Assembly: GCF_032191835.1 (NCBI RefSeq)
Contig: NC_083232.1
Location: 44,702,001-44,766,000 of the forward strand
From: Heteronotia binoei
Taxonomy: Eukaryota
Direction: 5' to 3'
DNA length: 64,000 bases
The notes beneath the pieces were generated by a model. That model was given only the letters and a program-made list of their open reading frames with translations, was not told the origin of the DNA and searched no databases. Made by a program: the position numbers and the translations under genes. Shown piece by piece: positions 25,997 to 38,749 of the stretch (positions are counted from its first letter, which is position 1; each line of letters starts with the position of its first letter).

Positions 25997-26155
25997 CAGG
26001 GCTTTTTTTGTAGCAGGAACTTCCTGATGTAGCCAATCTTCCAAGAGCTTACAGTAGGCCCTGTAAGAAGAGCCCTGTAAGCTCTTGGAGGATTGGCTAC
26101 ATCAAGGGGGTATAGCCTAATATGCAAAGCAGTTCCTGCTACAAAAAAAGCCCTG
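25997..26155. mobile_element. Palindromic CAGGGCTTTT-family MITE variant
   Basis: TIRs; internal inverted repeat gatgtagccaatc...gattggctacatc. Confidence 0.8.
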
Positions 26156-27599
26156 CCCTGCCCAGGCTGGGGGACCCAGGAATGTGACACAGTATTTAAA
26201 ATAACCCCACAGGCATTGCGCAGACTTCTTGTTTTCATTTAGGAATGTGCTAATAAAATAATAGCTGTACAGTTTCTCATCAGTGTTGCTACATGTTTTA
26301 TGACCAAAAATCAGCTGTAAACTAACTTAATGTGGGACTGCTTTAAGGTCAGCTTTGTCTCTGTACATGGCAAATGTTTGAAAATGGATCTTCGGTGGGA
26401 ATGAATATGCTACATTGTGTTAAAACATTAATCTGTACTGCAGGAATTGCTCCCACCTTTTTGACAAGTTTGCCACTTGGCTTATGAACAAATCAAACAT
26501 GGAACAGGTCTTCAGAGCAGACCTGTTTAGGCCACATAAAATTTCTCTTCATGCAGAATCTAGCAAGCCCTGCTTTGACATAAGAGCCATTAAGTTCAGC
26601 AGGGCCTGCCCCACAGTGGACTTTCTGAACTGCAACTTTGACATAAGGATAACCAGCATCTAGGATTCAGCCCCACAACTTGCTCCCAGGGTGTGGGTTC
26701 GGACTTGGTTCATGTGAATTAGTGATAAGAAAGCAAATGAATTGGAAATGTTAACCAATTTTACTCATGTTCCCTCAGGTGCTTGAAACCAGAGCGCTGC
26801 TCTTTGAATATGTTTATGCTTTGAATATGCTCACAAGGGGAAAAGGCACTATCCCAGTCCAAGCAAATACATATTACTGAAAGTATACCATGCAGAATTA
26901 CCAAGCATTTCAAAAAAGGACTCCTATCCATTCTGATGCACACACTTGGGGGATTTTAACAAGCTGAAAACCAAGTTAGTTTATTTGACTTCAGTTCTTG
27001 GCCAAAGGTGAATTTATTAACAGATTCCCCTTTTATTAAGGGGAGGGTAGAGAGAGATGCTGTCATTTGACTGTCAGTGGCTATCAAGAGTTAATGGTAG
27101 AGTAGTTGTTCAGAAATAGTTTTCCTCGTGCATTATAAAAAAAATTATTTGCAAGTAGACAGGAAAAAAAATCCCAACCCTATTTCTTATGAACAACATC
27201 ATTCCTTGAAACCCCTAATAATTTAGCATTACAATTCTTGGAGCTAAAAGAAATAATTTGCCAGAGAGTACACAGAACACAATTACACACAACTGAGCCA
27301 GTTATTCAAAGCACTGACAAAAATATTAACTCCCCCCAGTCAAGAGAATTACGTTATCTCCACCACTTCTTCTAAAATGATTAAGCTGTCACCTTCTTTT
27401 GCTATGCGCTTTCATCTCTGCCTCACAAGCGCTATGCTAATGAGGCCAGAAATTCAGGAGCTGTGCTGCATATGTAGTGTGCTGGCAGAAGAAAGGATGC
27501 CTTAAGCCATGAATATATTATCTCCTACAGAATAGAGCTACCAAATGGGAGTTCAGGGGTAGGCGACTACTTCTAATGCACCTTCATTAGGAAATTATA

Positions 27600-28200
27600 T
27601 ATTGGGAAGTGTGCACTGTTCCCTTAAAAGGTCTCATCCCAATACTTTTTGGTGTTGAAGGGAACATTTTGGTCTATAAGTGGGTAATGTGCTTTGAACT
27701 TAGCTTTGAACAGAGCCAGAACCTTTTTGGCTCTGTCTCCGGCTTGGTGGAACACTCTCCCAAGTGAGATCAGGGCGGTGTAGGACTTCAATTCCTCAGG
27801 ACCTGCAAAATGGAGATGGTCTGCCAGGCCTATGGTTGAGCCAAACAATAGGGACCCCAAGCTTATGAAATATGCAAAGATAGAAAATGCAAGGGTGGAC
27901 CATCAAGAAATTCAAAAAAATTCACAAAGCATATGGTTGAGGCAGTGGAGATCCAACTACCCCAGTTTTGCACCATCCATGTGGTGCTCTCTGTTAGTTG
28001 TTCTCTGCTCCCTGCCCAATATCTGATTCCATCTATGGGCATATATACTGAAAGTTCCCTGGGGGCGCTTACCACCTTATGCACTACTCGATGCCATATT
28101 GGTTTTTAAGTATTATGTAGATGGCGTTTTAACTTGCATATTTTTACTGGGTCCTGTTGTGCAGAAAAGGGCAAGCTAGAAATTCAAATAATTAAATAAA
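27600..28200 (+). mobile_element. Decayed L2 LINE 3' fragment
   Basis: Translates ...RARTFLALSPAWWNTLPSEIRA...; A-rich tail. Confidence 0.65.
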
Positions 28201-28411
28201 GTAAATTACTCAGGGCAGGAAATCTGTCAAAGGAAAACAGCACACACACTCATATCTTGTGCGATACTTGCAGTGTTGTTGTGAGTGCATTTGTCATTGT
28301 TTGTGTGTAGAATCCCACAAGTAGCATCCAAGGATGCTGACCACCAAACAGATGATTGGTGTCATTCCCACCTGCTTAGAAGGAGGAAAGAAACGTAGTG
28401 CCAGCCTCATC

Positions 28412-28642
28412 TAGGGAAGTCAGCCTCCAGGGGGTCCCCTGGAATTACAGTTCATCTTGAGACTCCAGAGATCAATTCCCCTGGAGAAAATGGATGCTTT
28501 GAAGGGTGGACTCTGTGGTATTTTGCTCCACTGAAGTCCTTGTCCTCCTCAGGTTCCATCTCCTAATCTCCAGGAGTTTCCCAACCAGGATCTGGGAACC
28601 CTCCTCTCCTCTGCTGGTGGGGGGGGGGGGCTGGCAACCCTA
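28412..28642. mobile_element. Short-type TAGGGTTGCCA MITE
   Basis: Perfect TSD GCCTCATC. Confidence 0.88.
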
Positions 28643-28890
28643 GCCTCATCCCAAGCACTCTTGCCCTGCCCTTTCCCTTGCTCATGAGTCAGAGGAGGGA
28701 GCAGGAATGCAGTCAAAGAAATGCACAGAGCTGGCTGATGAATTCTGAAGTTGGCTGGGCTGTAGTGGCAGTGCCTACATGCTGATTGCATGCTTCTTGT
28801 GATGTGTGCACAGCATGCATCACTACAACACACCTGTGCATTCCCCTTGTGTGAGTGCCTACACATGCTTTCAGACATACAACCCCTCCA

Positions 28891-29000
28891 GTTTGGTGTA
28901 GTGGTTAAGTGCGTGGATTCTTATCTGGGAGAACCGGGTTTGATTCCCCACTCCTCTACATGCACCTGCTAATATGACCTTGGGTCAGCCACAAGTTCCT
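28891..29000 (+). mobile_element. Squam3/MIR-like SINE 5' half
   Basis: agtttggtgtagtggttaag...gggtttgattcccc tRNA-like head. Confidence 0.75.
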
Positions 29001-29110
29001 CTGAATTCATGGTACATTTCCCTGCTGACTAAGTAGAACGGAGGCCAACAGGACTTGCAAGATGAAGGTGAAGGCAAATGGATGTGTATTGCTGTATGCT
29101 CTCTCTCTCT

Positions 29111-29300
29111 GTATAAAGTGCCATCAAGTCACAGTTGACTTATGGCAAGCCCAGAAGGGGCTTTCAAGGCAAGTGAGGAGCAGAGGTGGTTGGCCATTGC
29201 TTTCCTCTGCAATCTTCCTTGATGGGATCCCTTCCAAGTCCCAACAGACACTTCTTAGTTTCCAGGATCTGATGAGACTGGGCTATACCGTGCCGCCTTC
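29111..29300 (-). mobile_element. 5S-rRNA-derived SINE with RTE-like tail (degenerate)
   Basis: Reverse complement resembles 49865-50079. Confidence 0.65.
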
Positions 29301-29602
29301 TGTGCTTGTATGCTGCATGTTACCTTAAATGAATATGTTTATTTTTTCTGTATATTTTTCTCCACTCAAAAATGTTACAAAAATTGATATTCAAAATCTG
29401 CTGTCTGAACATTCATGGAACAACACACACACTCTCTCTGTCCCCCTCCCTCCCTCCTTCTTCCTGGAAAACGGCTGGCCATGTTGAAGACTGTATTCAG
29501 ATGATCATGTAGAGTGTGCCACACATCCACCAAGGAATTAAACTGTAATGACAGTAAGAATCACAATAATAATTAAAGTTGACATTCCATATCACTTCTA
29601 TC

Positions 29603-29793
29603 CAGGACTTTTTTTGTAGGAAAAGCCTAGCAGTAATTCATTTGCATATTAGGCCACACCCCTGATGTCACCATTGTTCCACACAGGGCTTTTTTGTAGG
29701 AAAAAATCCAGCAGGAACTCATTTGCATATTAAGACACCCCATGACACCCAGCCAGCCAGAACTGTGTTCCTGCTAAAAAAAAAAAAGCCCTG
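29603..29793 (+). mobile_element. CAGGGCTTTT-family MITE, long dimeric form
   Basis: Two ATTTGCATATT boxes; TSD CTTCTATC / CTTCCATC. Confidence 0.88.
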
Positions 29794-30064
29794 CTTCCAT
29801 CAAATTGAAAATATGAACTTTGAAAACTCTGAAGAATAGCTATCAACTGAGCACAAACTGACTATCTGGAATATACAACAGAAGTGAACAGAAATTATGA
29901 ACCCTCCATTTTCAATGGCAGTGTACCTTTCAATGGCAGTTGATTGACGACAGCCACAGAACAAAGTTTTAGTCTCTGTGGCCCTACTGTAAGGCATATA
30001 GTTGGACACTGTGGGAAACTAGATGGTCTGATTCAGAAGGGGCAAGTGATGCTCTGTAGTCTTG

Positions 30065-30222
30065 GTTTTTGGGAGGCACAACAGTGTGAGGACTTCTAGT
30101 GTCCTGGTCCCACTGATGGACCTCCTAATGGAACCTGAGCTTTTTGGCCACTGTGTGACACAGAGTGTTGGACTGGATGAACCATTGGCCTGATCCAACA
30201 TGGCTTCTCTTACATTCTTATG
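30065..30222 (+). mobile_element. CR1 LINE 3' end
   Basis: ggactggatg...ggcctgatccaacatggcttctcttac(a)ttcttatg terminal motif. Confidence 0.75.
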
Positions 30223-30289
30223 GGCTCTTCTGCTGTTCTTATGAAAATAATACTTTTCCAGTGGAACTTACTAGGTAAGCTGTTGGATC

Positions 30290-30850
30290 AGATAGAAGAT
30301 TAGATTAGTCCAGCATCCTGTTTCACACACAGTGGCCAAACACTTGACTCTGGGAAACATACAAGTAGCAGTCTTCCTTTACTGTTGCCCCTAAATAATA
30401 GTGATCAGAGATACATGACTTTTTTGAAGGAAGGCTTCATTGAGTGACCATGGCTAATAGCCATTAAAGGACTTATTCTCCATGAATTTGTCTAGTACCC
30501 TTTAAAAATGAATGAGCATCCCCACATCATGTAGCAATGAATTATACACGGTGATTTAAAACCCCCCCCCCCACTTCCTGTTGTCTATCCTAAATCTAGT
30601 GCCAATCATCTTCACTGTGTGAAGTTCTAGGGGGAGGGAGAGAGTGAGAGGTCTCCCCCCTCCCAATCTTGCAGAAAGGTATAATGATCAGGTCTTTCTA
30701 TTGTCGTTTTTTAAAAAAATAATGCCCCAGATTTTTTCCCCTTGTAAGTACATGTTTTCATCCCTTTGATTATACTGGGTGCCTTTTCCTGAACCTTTAC
30801 CATCTTTATGATATCTGTTTTGAAACAGGATGGCCAGAGCTACACATTAT
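30290..30850 (-). mobile_element. Decayed CR1 3' fragment
   Basis: Reverse-oriented similarity to 20440-20705. Confidence 0.55.
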
Positions 30851-31270
30851 TCCAGTTGTACACATTACCTTCCATTATAATATTTCCAAAATGTCAACTG
30901 TGGCTGTTACAAGTGCAGTCCTAAATTGAGTTACACCCATCTAAGCCCATTGACTTAAACAATAAACCAGAGTCTTGTGGCACCTTGGAGCCCAATATGA
31001 TTTTATTCTAGCATAAAGTTTCATGGACCAGAAGTGGCTTCATCAAATAAAGGGGAAGGGGGGGGGCGGTCTAGACCACACATAGAAAACGGTTGGCTTT
31101 GAAGGTGCGCAAGACTCTTGCTTATTCCACTTGTGCACAGTATCTGGTGCGCACTATCTTTCAGCATCCTATTAATTTGGGAATTCAGTCATAGTAAGAA
31201 ATTCTGGGGGAGGAGATTAGCTTGTTGCAGCGCAGAGTTTGCTCTGACAGAGTGGGTTCTTTCCCTATCC

Positions 31271-31463
31271 AAGGGTTGCCAACCTACAGGAGGAGCCTGG
31301 TGATCTCCTGGAATTACAACCGATTTCCAGACTACAGAGTCTGGCTTCTTTTGGGGGAGGGGTCTGGGCTCTCTGACATTATACCCTGCTGAGGTCCCTC
31401 TTCCCAAACTTCACCCTCTCCTTAAGTCTCCAGGAATTTCCCTACCCAGAGTTGGCAACCTTA
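31271..31463. mobile_element. Short-type TAGGGTTGCCA MITE just upstream of the CpG island
   Basis: Both TIRs and family core. Confidence 0.8.
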
Positions 31464-31539
31464 GAACTTACACTCCTCAGTCACCTGTGGCCACTTCTGG
31501 ACCCAAGACAGCCTTTGGCAGGTTCTGTATCCCCCCCTT

Positions 31540-32130
31540 CCTTTCTGTGGCCCCTCGGTGGCCATGGGGCTGGCACGGGGCCTCTGGCTCCGGCCGGGCG
31601 CTGTGTGGTGTGGAGGGCGGAGGGGAGGGTGCGAAGGGCCGAGGAGGGAGGGAAGCGGCTGCTCCTGGGCGGAGCGTGGCCAGCGTGAGCCAGCAGATTT
31701 CTCGCAGCAGCAAGAGCCGCGGCGCCGGCAGCTCTCACGCTGCATCCCGCTGCAAAAGCAGGCGCCTTCGCCCACACAGCCTGAGCATCCTTGCTCCAGC
31801 CGCCGCTGAAGATCCAGGGGCTGAGGCTGAGGCTGCGCCGAGCAGGGAGACAGCGAGGCTTCGCCCGCCAAGGTAACGATCATGCCTGCCCGCTGGGTGT
31901 GCCTCCGGGGGATGCCAGCCAGCCTCTCGCCTTCCAGCCAGCTCTCGGGCAAGAGGGAAGGATGCTCGGACCAGATCGTGGCTCTGGACAGCGGATGCCT
32001 GGGAGGAAGGAGGGTCCAAGCGAGCCCCGCCGTGGCTCAGCGGTTTTGCGCTTGGGGCTTGCTGTTCGCACAGCATCTGCTGGCTGTGGAGGACGTGGGA
32101 GAAGATTGGGGGGTGGGGAGAAAAGGCATA
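31540..32130 (+). promoter_or_regulatory. DYNC1I1: CpG island, inferred promoter of DYNC1I1
   Basis: Longest CpG/GC-rich stretch in the window that I cannot attribute to a repeat; GC boxes (GGGCGG); contains a donor AAG|GTAACG; lies ~28.5 kb upstream of the ATG exon, which begins with a splice acceptor and so needs an upstream non-coding exon. Confidence 0.75.
31700..31872 (+). other. DYNC1I1: Putative non-coding exon 1 of DYNC1I1 (5' boundary/TSS approximate)
   Basis: ATG-free GC-rich segment ending at CCAAG|GTAACG (31872|31873) inside the CpG island. Confidence 0.6.
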
Positions 32131-33244
32131 AGGGGTGTGGGTGCCTGTGTTTTAAACCGGTTATTAGTAGCTCTTTGGGGCGGGAGGAGGGTGCAGCTTG
32201 TATTTCCAGAGCAGCATCAAAAGTCTTCCGGATGCACCCCACCCCAGACCCAAGGGGTAGTGTCATTTGAGACAGGGGCATGTGGGACATCCCTCCCTTG
32301 GCCTTGTTATTTAGTGGTACAAGATTCAAGAGGAAATTGGGCCAGGGCTGTCATTGGTGCATTCCCACTTCCATCAAACCCCTCCATATTAGCTCATCAC
32401 CAAAATAGATACCTGCTGAGTTAGGTAAAAGGAAGTACTGCGATTTTTGGAGTGACTTGCCTTCTCTCAGCACTGAGGAAGTTAAATTAAAATTAAAAGG
32501 ACAGAGGACCCCTCTTTGCTCACCAAGGCTAATTTGACCCTAATAATTCAGAAGGATAACACAGCAATATTCTCCATTGACTCACAGATAGTAAAGGTAG
32601 TAAGAACATTTTCCCCATATCACATATTTAAATATATTTCTGAACAGTGTTAATCACTTTCTAGAAACCCGGAAGGTTTTCTGGTAAAATAAAATATCAA
32701 TAATTGGAATTCTATCAAATGCATTTTTATATTGCTCTTAACTTCAGCTATATATTTTCTTTGGATTTAAGCTTGTGCATGCAACCATTATTGGGTGCAT
32801 TGTGCATTGAAATCAATGGTCTTAGAAAAGTGTTTAAGACTGGGCTGTTGATCACCCAGAAATACATTTTAAGGCTACTGAGATCCCTGTTTTTTATTTA
32901 TGCTCATGTACCACTAGAGTTTTAAATTTCACACTATGGCATCTTGTAGTAAGGAAGGATTCTTCAATACTTCATTGGTAAAGAGAAGTGAATGAACTGC
33001 ATCTTGTGCTGACTTTACAGAGAGAATCGCTCTCACTGTCCTATCTGACTGATAATGCAGAAATGAGCATGTGAAGCTAGCTGTCTTTCATCAGGCTTAG
33101 AAGTAACTTTGCATTATCTACCCTGTGACTGGCTAAAGTTCTCCAGGGACTCAGAGAAAGATCTTTCTCAATAGCTGCTTCCAGTGATCTCTCAACTGGA
33201 GATGCCAGGGACTGAACCTGCATGCAAATGTGTATGCTCTCTTG

Positions 33245-33371
33245 CAGGGATTTTTTGATAGAAAAAGCCCAGCAGGAACTCATTTGCATATTAGGCCACA
33301 CCCCCTGACACCAAGCCAACCGGAACTGTGTTCCTATGCATTCCTGCTAAAAAGGGGGGAGGGAAGCCCTG
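33245..33371 (+). mobile_element. CAGGGCTTTT-family MITE inserted in a minus-strand tRNA SINE
   Basis: Family core; TSD CTCTCTTG / CTGTTTTG. Confidence 0.8.
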
Positions 33372-34399
33372 CTGTTTTGAGTCACAGACTTTCATAACTT
33401 TTCTCTTTCTTTCCTTTCTGTATCCCTTTAACCTCTTTGAGGGAAGGGGCTATAGCTCAGAGGCATAGCACATCCTCTGCATTTAGAAAGTTCCAAGTTC
33501 AACCCTTTACAATAGTTCAAGACTATTTTCTGAGTTGTGGAGAACCACTGCTAAATCAGAGTAGAATTAGCTGAACCAATAATATAGGACTGCCTATGGT
33601 TACCTACATACCCCTATGGCAGGGCCCCAAAACCTTTCTGAGCCTGTGGGAATCTTTGACATTTTGACAAGGAATGGTGAGTACCATCCCAAAATGGTTG
33701 CCGCAGGAGACAGAGCCAAAGCCAAAATGGCTGCTGCAAGAGATGGAGCTAAACACAATATCCCCTCCCCCATTTTGCAAAAATAACAGAAGGGGAATAA
33801 AAAGAAATGAAGGGAGAAAGGGAAGGGGAAATCAAAAGAAGGAAAGCCTGAAGAGGAATGGAACCCACACTAAAGAAAGCATGGGTGCTGATCCTCCAGT
33901 GACTGCCTTTTATTGCAGCTGTGGAAAACCTTTTCATTTGAATAAGGGCAACCAATAACAAGTCCTACTATTTAATGGCCCTGCCCACTTTCTGACCAAG
34001 CTTGGGAATGCCAGGGGAAGTACTGACAGGTGCTATGGTGCACATGGGCATCACATTGGGGAACCCTGACCTACAGGTATGTGTCTGTGCATATAAAGAA
34101 CACTTTACTATGTAGGCTCCACATCTGTGTATCTAATTCAGAGCCTGGTCTGAATGTGGAACAAAACATCAGTACAAGTTTTGAGAAAAAAAACCCTTAA
34201 GAAAATTATAGGAGTAAAGAAAATGTAAAAGTTTGAAAATGCTGAGGACTCGTGGGATTTCATTATATGGTTGCAGCAGCCATTTTGGATTGGCTAGGCA
34301 CCTTTGGTGATCCAAAATGGTTGCTGCTGCTTCACTTTGATACTGGAGTTGTTGAGGAAAAGCATAAATTGGCAGTCTTGGATAACTGCAGAAAATGTT

Positions 34400-34500
34400 G
34401 GGGCTGCAGAAAACATTGCGGTTTTCACGCAGCAAACGGAAACTGCTAAAAACCAGTTTCCGTTTGCTGCGCAAAACCCATAATTTTTGCTGCAGCCCCG
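34400..34500. repeat. Imperfect palindrome with perfect 18-bp stem
   Basis: CGCAGCAAACGGAAACTG (34428-34445) pairs with 34454-34471; 8-nt loop. Confidence 0.9.
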
Positions 34501-35074
34501 ATGCAAATAGTGGGAAATCGAGAGGAAGCCGCGCAGAGAAGATGGACATGAGGGCAGAGTAAGGTGAGTACGATATCGGTCAGAGTCTTTTCTCATGGTA
34601 TTTTACAGCTGGTGGGGAGAGGGTCTTGAAGCTAGGGCCCAGCACCTTATTCCCTGCATCACCTCAACTGCAACCTACAGGGAGCTACAGCACCATTCCA
34701 CAAGTTGCCATCCCAGGAACTTCTGCCTAGGCCAGCCCAGCTGAGGCGGGTGACTAAGACAGCCAATCAGGGTAGGGCTGGGACTACATAAGTTCTGTCT
34801 CTGTCTTGGCTTCTGAGTTCTAATAACAGGTCTCAAACTGTGTTCTGCCTTGTTCTTGGGCCTGATCTGCTTGTCTCTGTGTTTCCTCTGTCTGGCATCA
34901 CTGCTTGTTTCTTGGTGTCTATCTCCTGCCTCTGACCCTACTGATGGATTTATGATGTATGACTCTGCTTCCTGCTCCAGGACTAGCCATTCCAGCTTTC
35001 TGCCCAGGGAAAGTACGGTAATTGCACTTGCTCCTGACTCCCAACTGATCTTGACAGTTATTTATCATCAGCAC

Positions 35075-35290
35075 ATGAAACTGCCTCATACTGAAGCAGA
35101 TCACTGGGGAATCAGGGTCAATGCTGTCTACCCAGACCAGCAGTGGCTCTCCAGGGTCTCAGGTACAGGTCTTTCACACCACCTACTACCCAGTCCTTTT
35201 TTTGGATGTGTGTGTGTGTGGATATGCTAGGGACTGAACCTGGGATCTTCTGCATATCAAGCAGGTGCTCTACCTTTGAGCTACAGCTCT
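35075..35290 (-). mobile_element. tRNA-derived SINE (18454 family)
   Basis: Reverse complement contains the tRNA-like head and gagaccctggagagccactg core. Confidence 0.7.
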
Positions 35291-37962
35291 TCACCAGCCA
35301 CTACAGTATCCAGTGAAATAAATAACTAAATTTGTGTGAATGCTGGCCTAACTTTGAGACTGATTTTGAGAAGGTAACAGAGAAAATTTTAAGGACTTTG
35401 GAAAAATAATGCAATTATTGACTGCCACTATTTTATTGCCATCAGAGGAATTTTCAGAATATCCTGGCAACTATATCGAAGTATGCCATCCTGCTCCTCT
35501 CAAGGGGGCTTGTTTAAGTACATAAGAACTGTCATGTAAGCCTAATGATCTAGTTTAGTAACTCATCTGCTAGCAGTGACTAGATAGATGCCTTGAGCAA
35601 GTCCACAAACAGCATAATAGTGCTTCCCTCTTGTTATGTCTAGAGGTTAGAAAAGATGCTTCCTCTTAAAAAATGGAGACAGGAGGTCAGATCAATCTTT
35701 TAAGGTGTAATAATTTTTATTAAAACTTTGATACTTGTTCCCATTCTTATTTCATTTGAGGTAGTGCAGGTTTTGGTGTCCATATGGTTCCTGTATGGTC
35801 AAGTTCTTTTTAGGATAGATGAGTTCTCAAAAAACATTTAGCACAACTTGTGCAACCATGCTGTCATGCTGGGCTTTGTTTCCCTGGGGGAATGTGGTGG
35901 AATGGAGTTCTGGAACCTCTTTGTGGAAACAGAAATCTCAAAAAATTGTTTAGAAGTTGATGAGGGATACCCGTGTGCTTCTCCTTCATTTCCCTGTTCA
36001 GAGTTCTGGCACCATTTTTTCCAGAAAAAAAGCCTGCTGTCACGTGATAGGGGATAAACATGGGTTTGCAAATTGGCTCCAAGAATGGCTAAATTCTGTT
36101 TGACAACCCTCTTGTGGGGTACAACTTATTTCCCTCTCTCCCACTATTTCTTTTTTCCCTTCCTTGAAAACCCCTGTAGCCTCTACCCCTTTCTTGCTTC
36201 TTTTGCCCCTTCCCATTTTCAAATAGACCTACCTTTATCTCTTTCCCATTTTCAGTTTTCTGCCCTACCATATCCTTGGCACTTTTAGTCTAGAAAACTA
36301 TGGTCCTTACTTGGAACTTAGTCACATCACATTCCACTGTCTGCCTGCCTTGTGCAGTGCCAGGATGGAAGTTGCTGTCTGCCTTATCTTGAGTGGGGCT
36401 AACTTCTACCTCACCTTGTCTGAGGCTCAGCTGGGTTGGGTGCCACTACTTGCCTTGCCTTGTGTGGGACTTGGCCTGGGTGTCACCTTCTGCACTGAAG
36501 GGTGTGGCTGAGTGCCAGTGTCTGCCTTGCTTCAAGCCAGCTGAGCCAAGTGTCGCCACCTCCCTGTCTCGCCTTGAGCACAGGCTTCACAGGTCAGGCT
36601 CTGTCTCCCCTGCAGTGCCTTAGTCTAACTCAGAAAAGATCTGGGGACTTTGGGGTTGGAGCCAGGAGCCTTTCACAATTTACTCATGAGTTGCTGAAGT
36701 TCTAAGTTCTTCAGACTAACACAGGGAAACCAAAGGTTTTAGTTTACCCTTTACTAGGCAAACAACCTCTGAAAAGATTGTAAAACAAATGGAAGGTCTG
36801 GGCTGCTTTCACAGCTACTGGAAGCAGCCATGTTATTCTGCTGGCTCACCTCACCCCTATTCAGCTGGCCAGCTGACTGGGGGGTGGAAAGGAGTGTGCA
36901 AAACTGGGGAATCCCACCCCCCGGGACCTGGGGATTGGCAAGCCTCGCCTTAGGCTGGCTGACCACCACATTGCATGGGACTTGTGTGAGTTGGATTCAT
37001 TCCTTCTTTCAGAGGGCTGGCTGTGGCTGGCTCAGGTGGGGGGGGGGGACATAGGCTACCAGCCCATGAGGAGGCATCCCTACATATAAGGTAAATTAGG
37101 CCCTACTTAGGATCCATTGGGGATGGGTTTTCCCCCAGTTATGGTGATAATGGAAGAGTGCTGGCATGCCTGAAATGGATAATGGAAGAGTGCTGGTGTG
37201 CTGCAATGTGCCTGGTGTGATGACATCACCAAGAAGTGACATAACTGTGCCTGGCACATTGCAGGGGGGATGCTCTAATGTTTGGGAAAAACTCTATGAT
37301 AACCATAGAGTTTTCCCCCAAGTGCTAGTATGTCCCCACTGCAATGTGCCTGGCATGATTATATCACCTGGCATGATTATATCACACTGCACATGCAAAG
37401 CACACATGAGAAAGATCCCCTGCCAGGAGCCAGGTAAGACCTGGCAATCCTAGCCCTACCTGTGAGGTAAATTTGGTGCAGAATGTGTAAGTGGCTCAAG
37501 GTCACCCAGTAAATTTCCATAGCATAATGGGAACTTGAGTTTCTAGTCTGAAACTCTAAGTACTACACCAACTGGCATTTGTGTGAAGGCTGCTGTTTGT
37601 TGAACAGTAGTAACCCAGCTTGCTTATGTTAAGCCACCCAAGTTAGATGGTAGCAAGTTGCCTGGTGGTTGCTGCTGGTTTAGCTGCAATGAATCCTCAA
37701 AGGACAAAATATCCTGCAAAAGGTCTCCCCTCTCCTCCTGCCTTTTACTAACAGAAACCAAGCTTACTGTGGTTGCCTAGCAACAGCCACAGAGGGCATC
37801 TGTTTCATAAAGCTACAGGCACTCTTATTTTTTTGGGTTTTAAAAATTCCCCGATATAACCTTTTCTAGATTTCAGCTTTTTTTGCAAACCTGGGGTGTT
37901 TTTCAGGTTTCTAGAAAGATCCATCTTGTCCTCAGATTTGACTGACTTGGCTATTAGACTAT

Positions 37963-38716
37963 GGCCCTTTTCACACTTACCAGTGGAAACCGGAAGGGAG
38001 TCGGTATTGTGCCGCTTGCAGTAATCCGAGACAGGGATGGGAGTTTTCAGACACATGTTTTTTTTTCCGGTAGGGTTCCGTGATTGAAGCGAGCCATTTC
38101 ACACTGTTCCGCTCTTATCTCGCTTCCACCAGCGCCAGCCGTTTTTGCCTGCCGGCTCGCGATCTCCAGCTTTTTTTTTTTTTGAACGTCGGGCTAAGAT
38201 CGCTATAGCGCTATAGCGACGTATCACAACAGCAACACCATAGAGATGGCTAGGCTCTATTGAGATAAGTTACCAGGTTTCAGCGGTGGCGATATCTGGC
38301 ATCTTAATGGAGCCCAGGCATCCCTATGGTGATGCTGTTGTGATACGTCGCTATAGCGCTATAGCGATCTTAGCCCGACGTTCCCCCCCCAAAAAAGCCG
38401 GAGATCGCGCGCGCCGGCGGGAGAAAAAGGGCGCGAAAACTGCTCCCGGGTTAGATACTGGACATTTCACACAGCACCCCATAGCGATTTCAACCCGGAA
38501 GGAGGGGTTGAAAAGTGGAAGAAGCTGCTCTTTGTTTGTAACAACTCAGGCACGCCTCACTACCGGGACAGCCACGGGAGTGTGTGAAAAGATGAGAGTA
38601 TTCCGGTAGCAGCCAGTTACTGAATTGGGTCTGTCTGAAATGCCAGCAGAAACCCGTTACTGTTCAGTAACTGACCAGCTTCCATACCGGAATACATAGC
38701 CTGTGTGAAAAAGCCC
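37963..38716. mobile_element. PIF/Harbinger-like palindromic MITE (754 bp)
   Basis: 14-bp TIR GGCCCTTTTCACAC / GTGTGAAAAAGCCC; 3-bp flanking duplication TAT; CpG-rich; internal 83-bp inverted arms. Confidence 0.75.
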
Positions 38717-38749
38717 TATATAAGTGGTGACCCACAAGAAACTTGCGGG

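Noticed and set aside
31452-32424. Many overlapping 60-180 aa ORFs on both strands
   Set aside because: Expected from stop-codon scarcity in a GC-rich CpG island; no recognisable domains.
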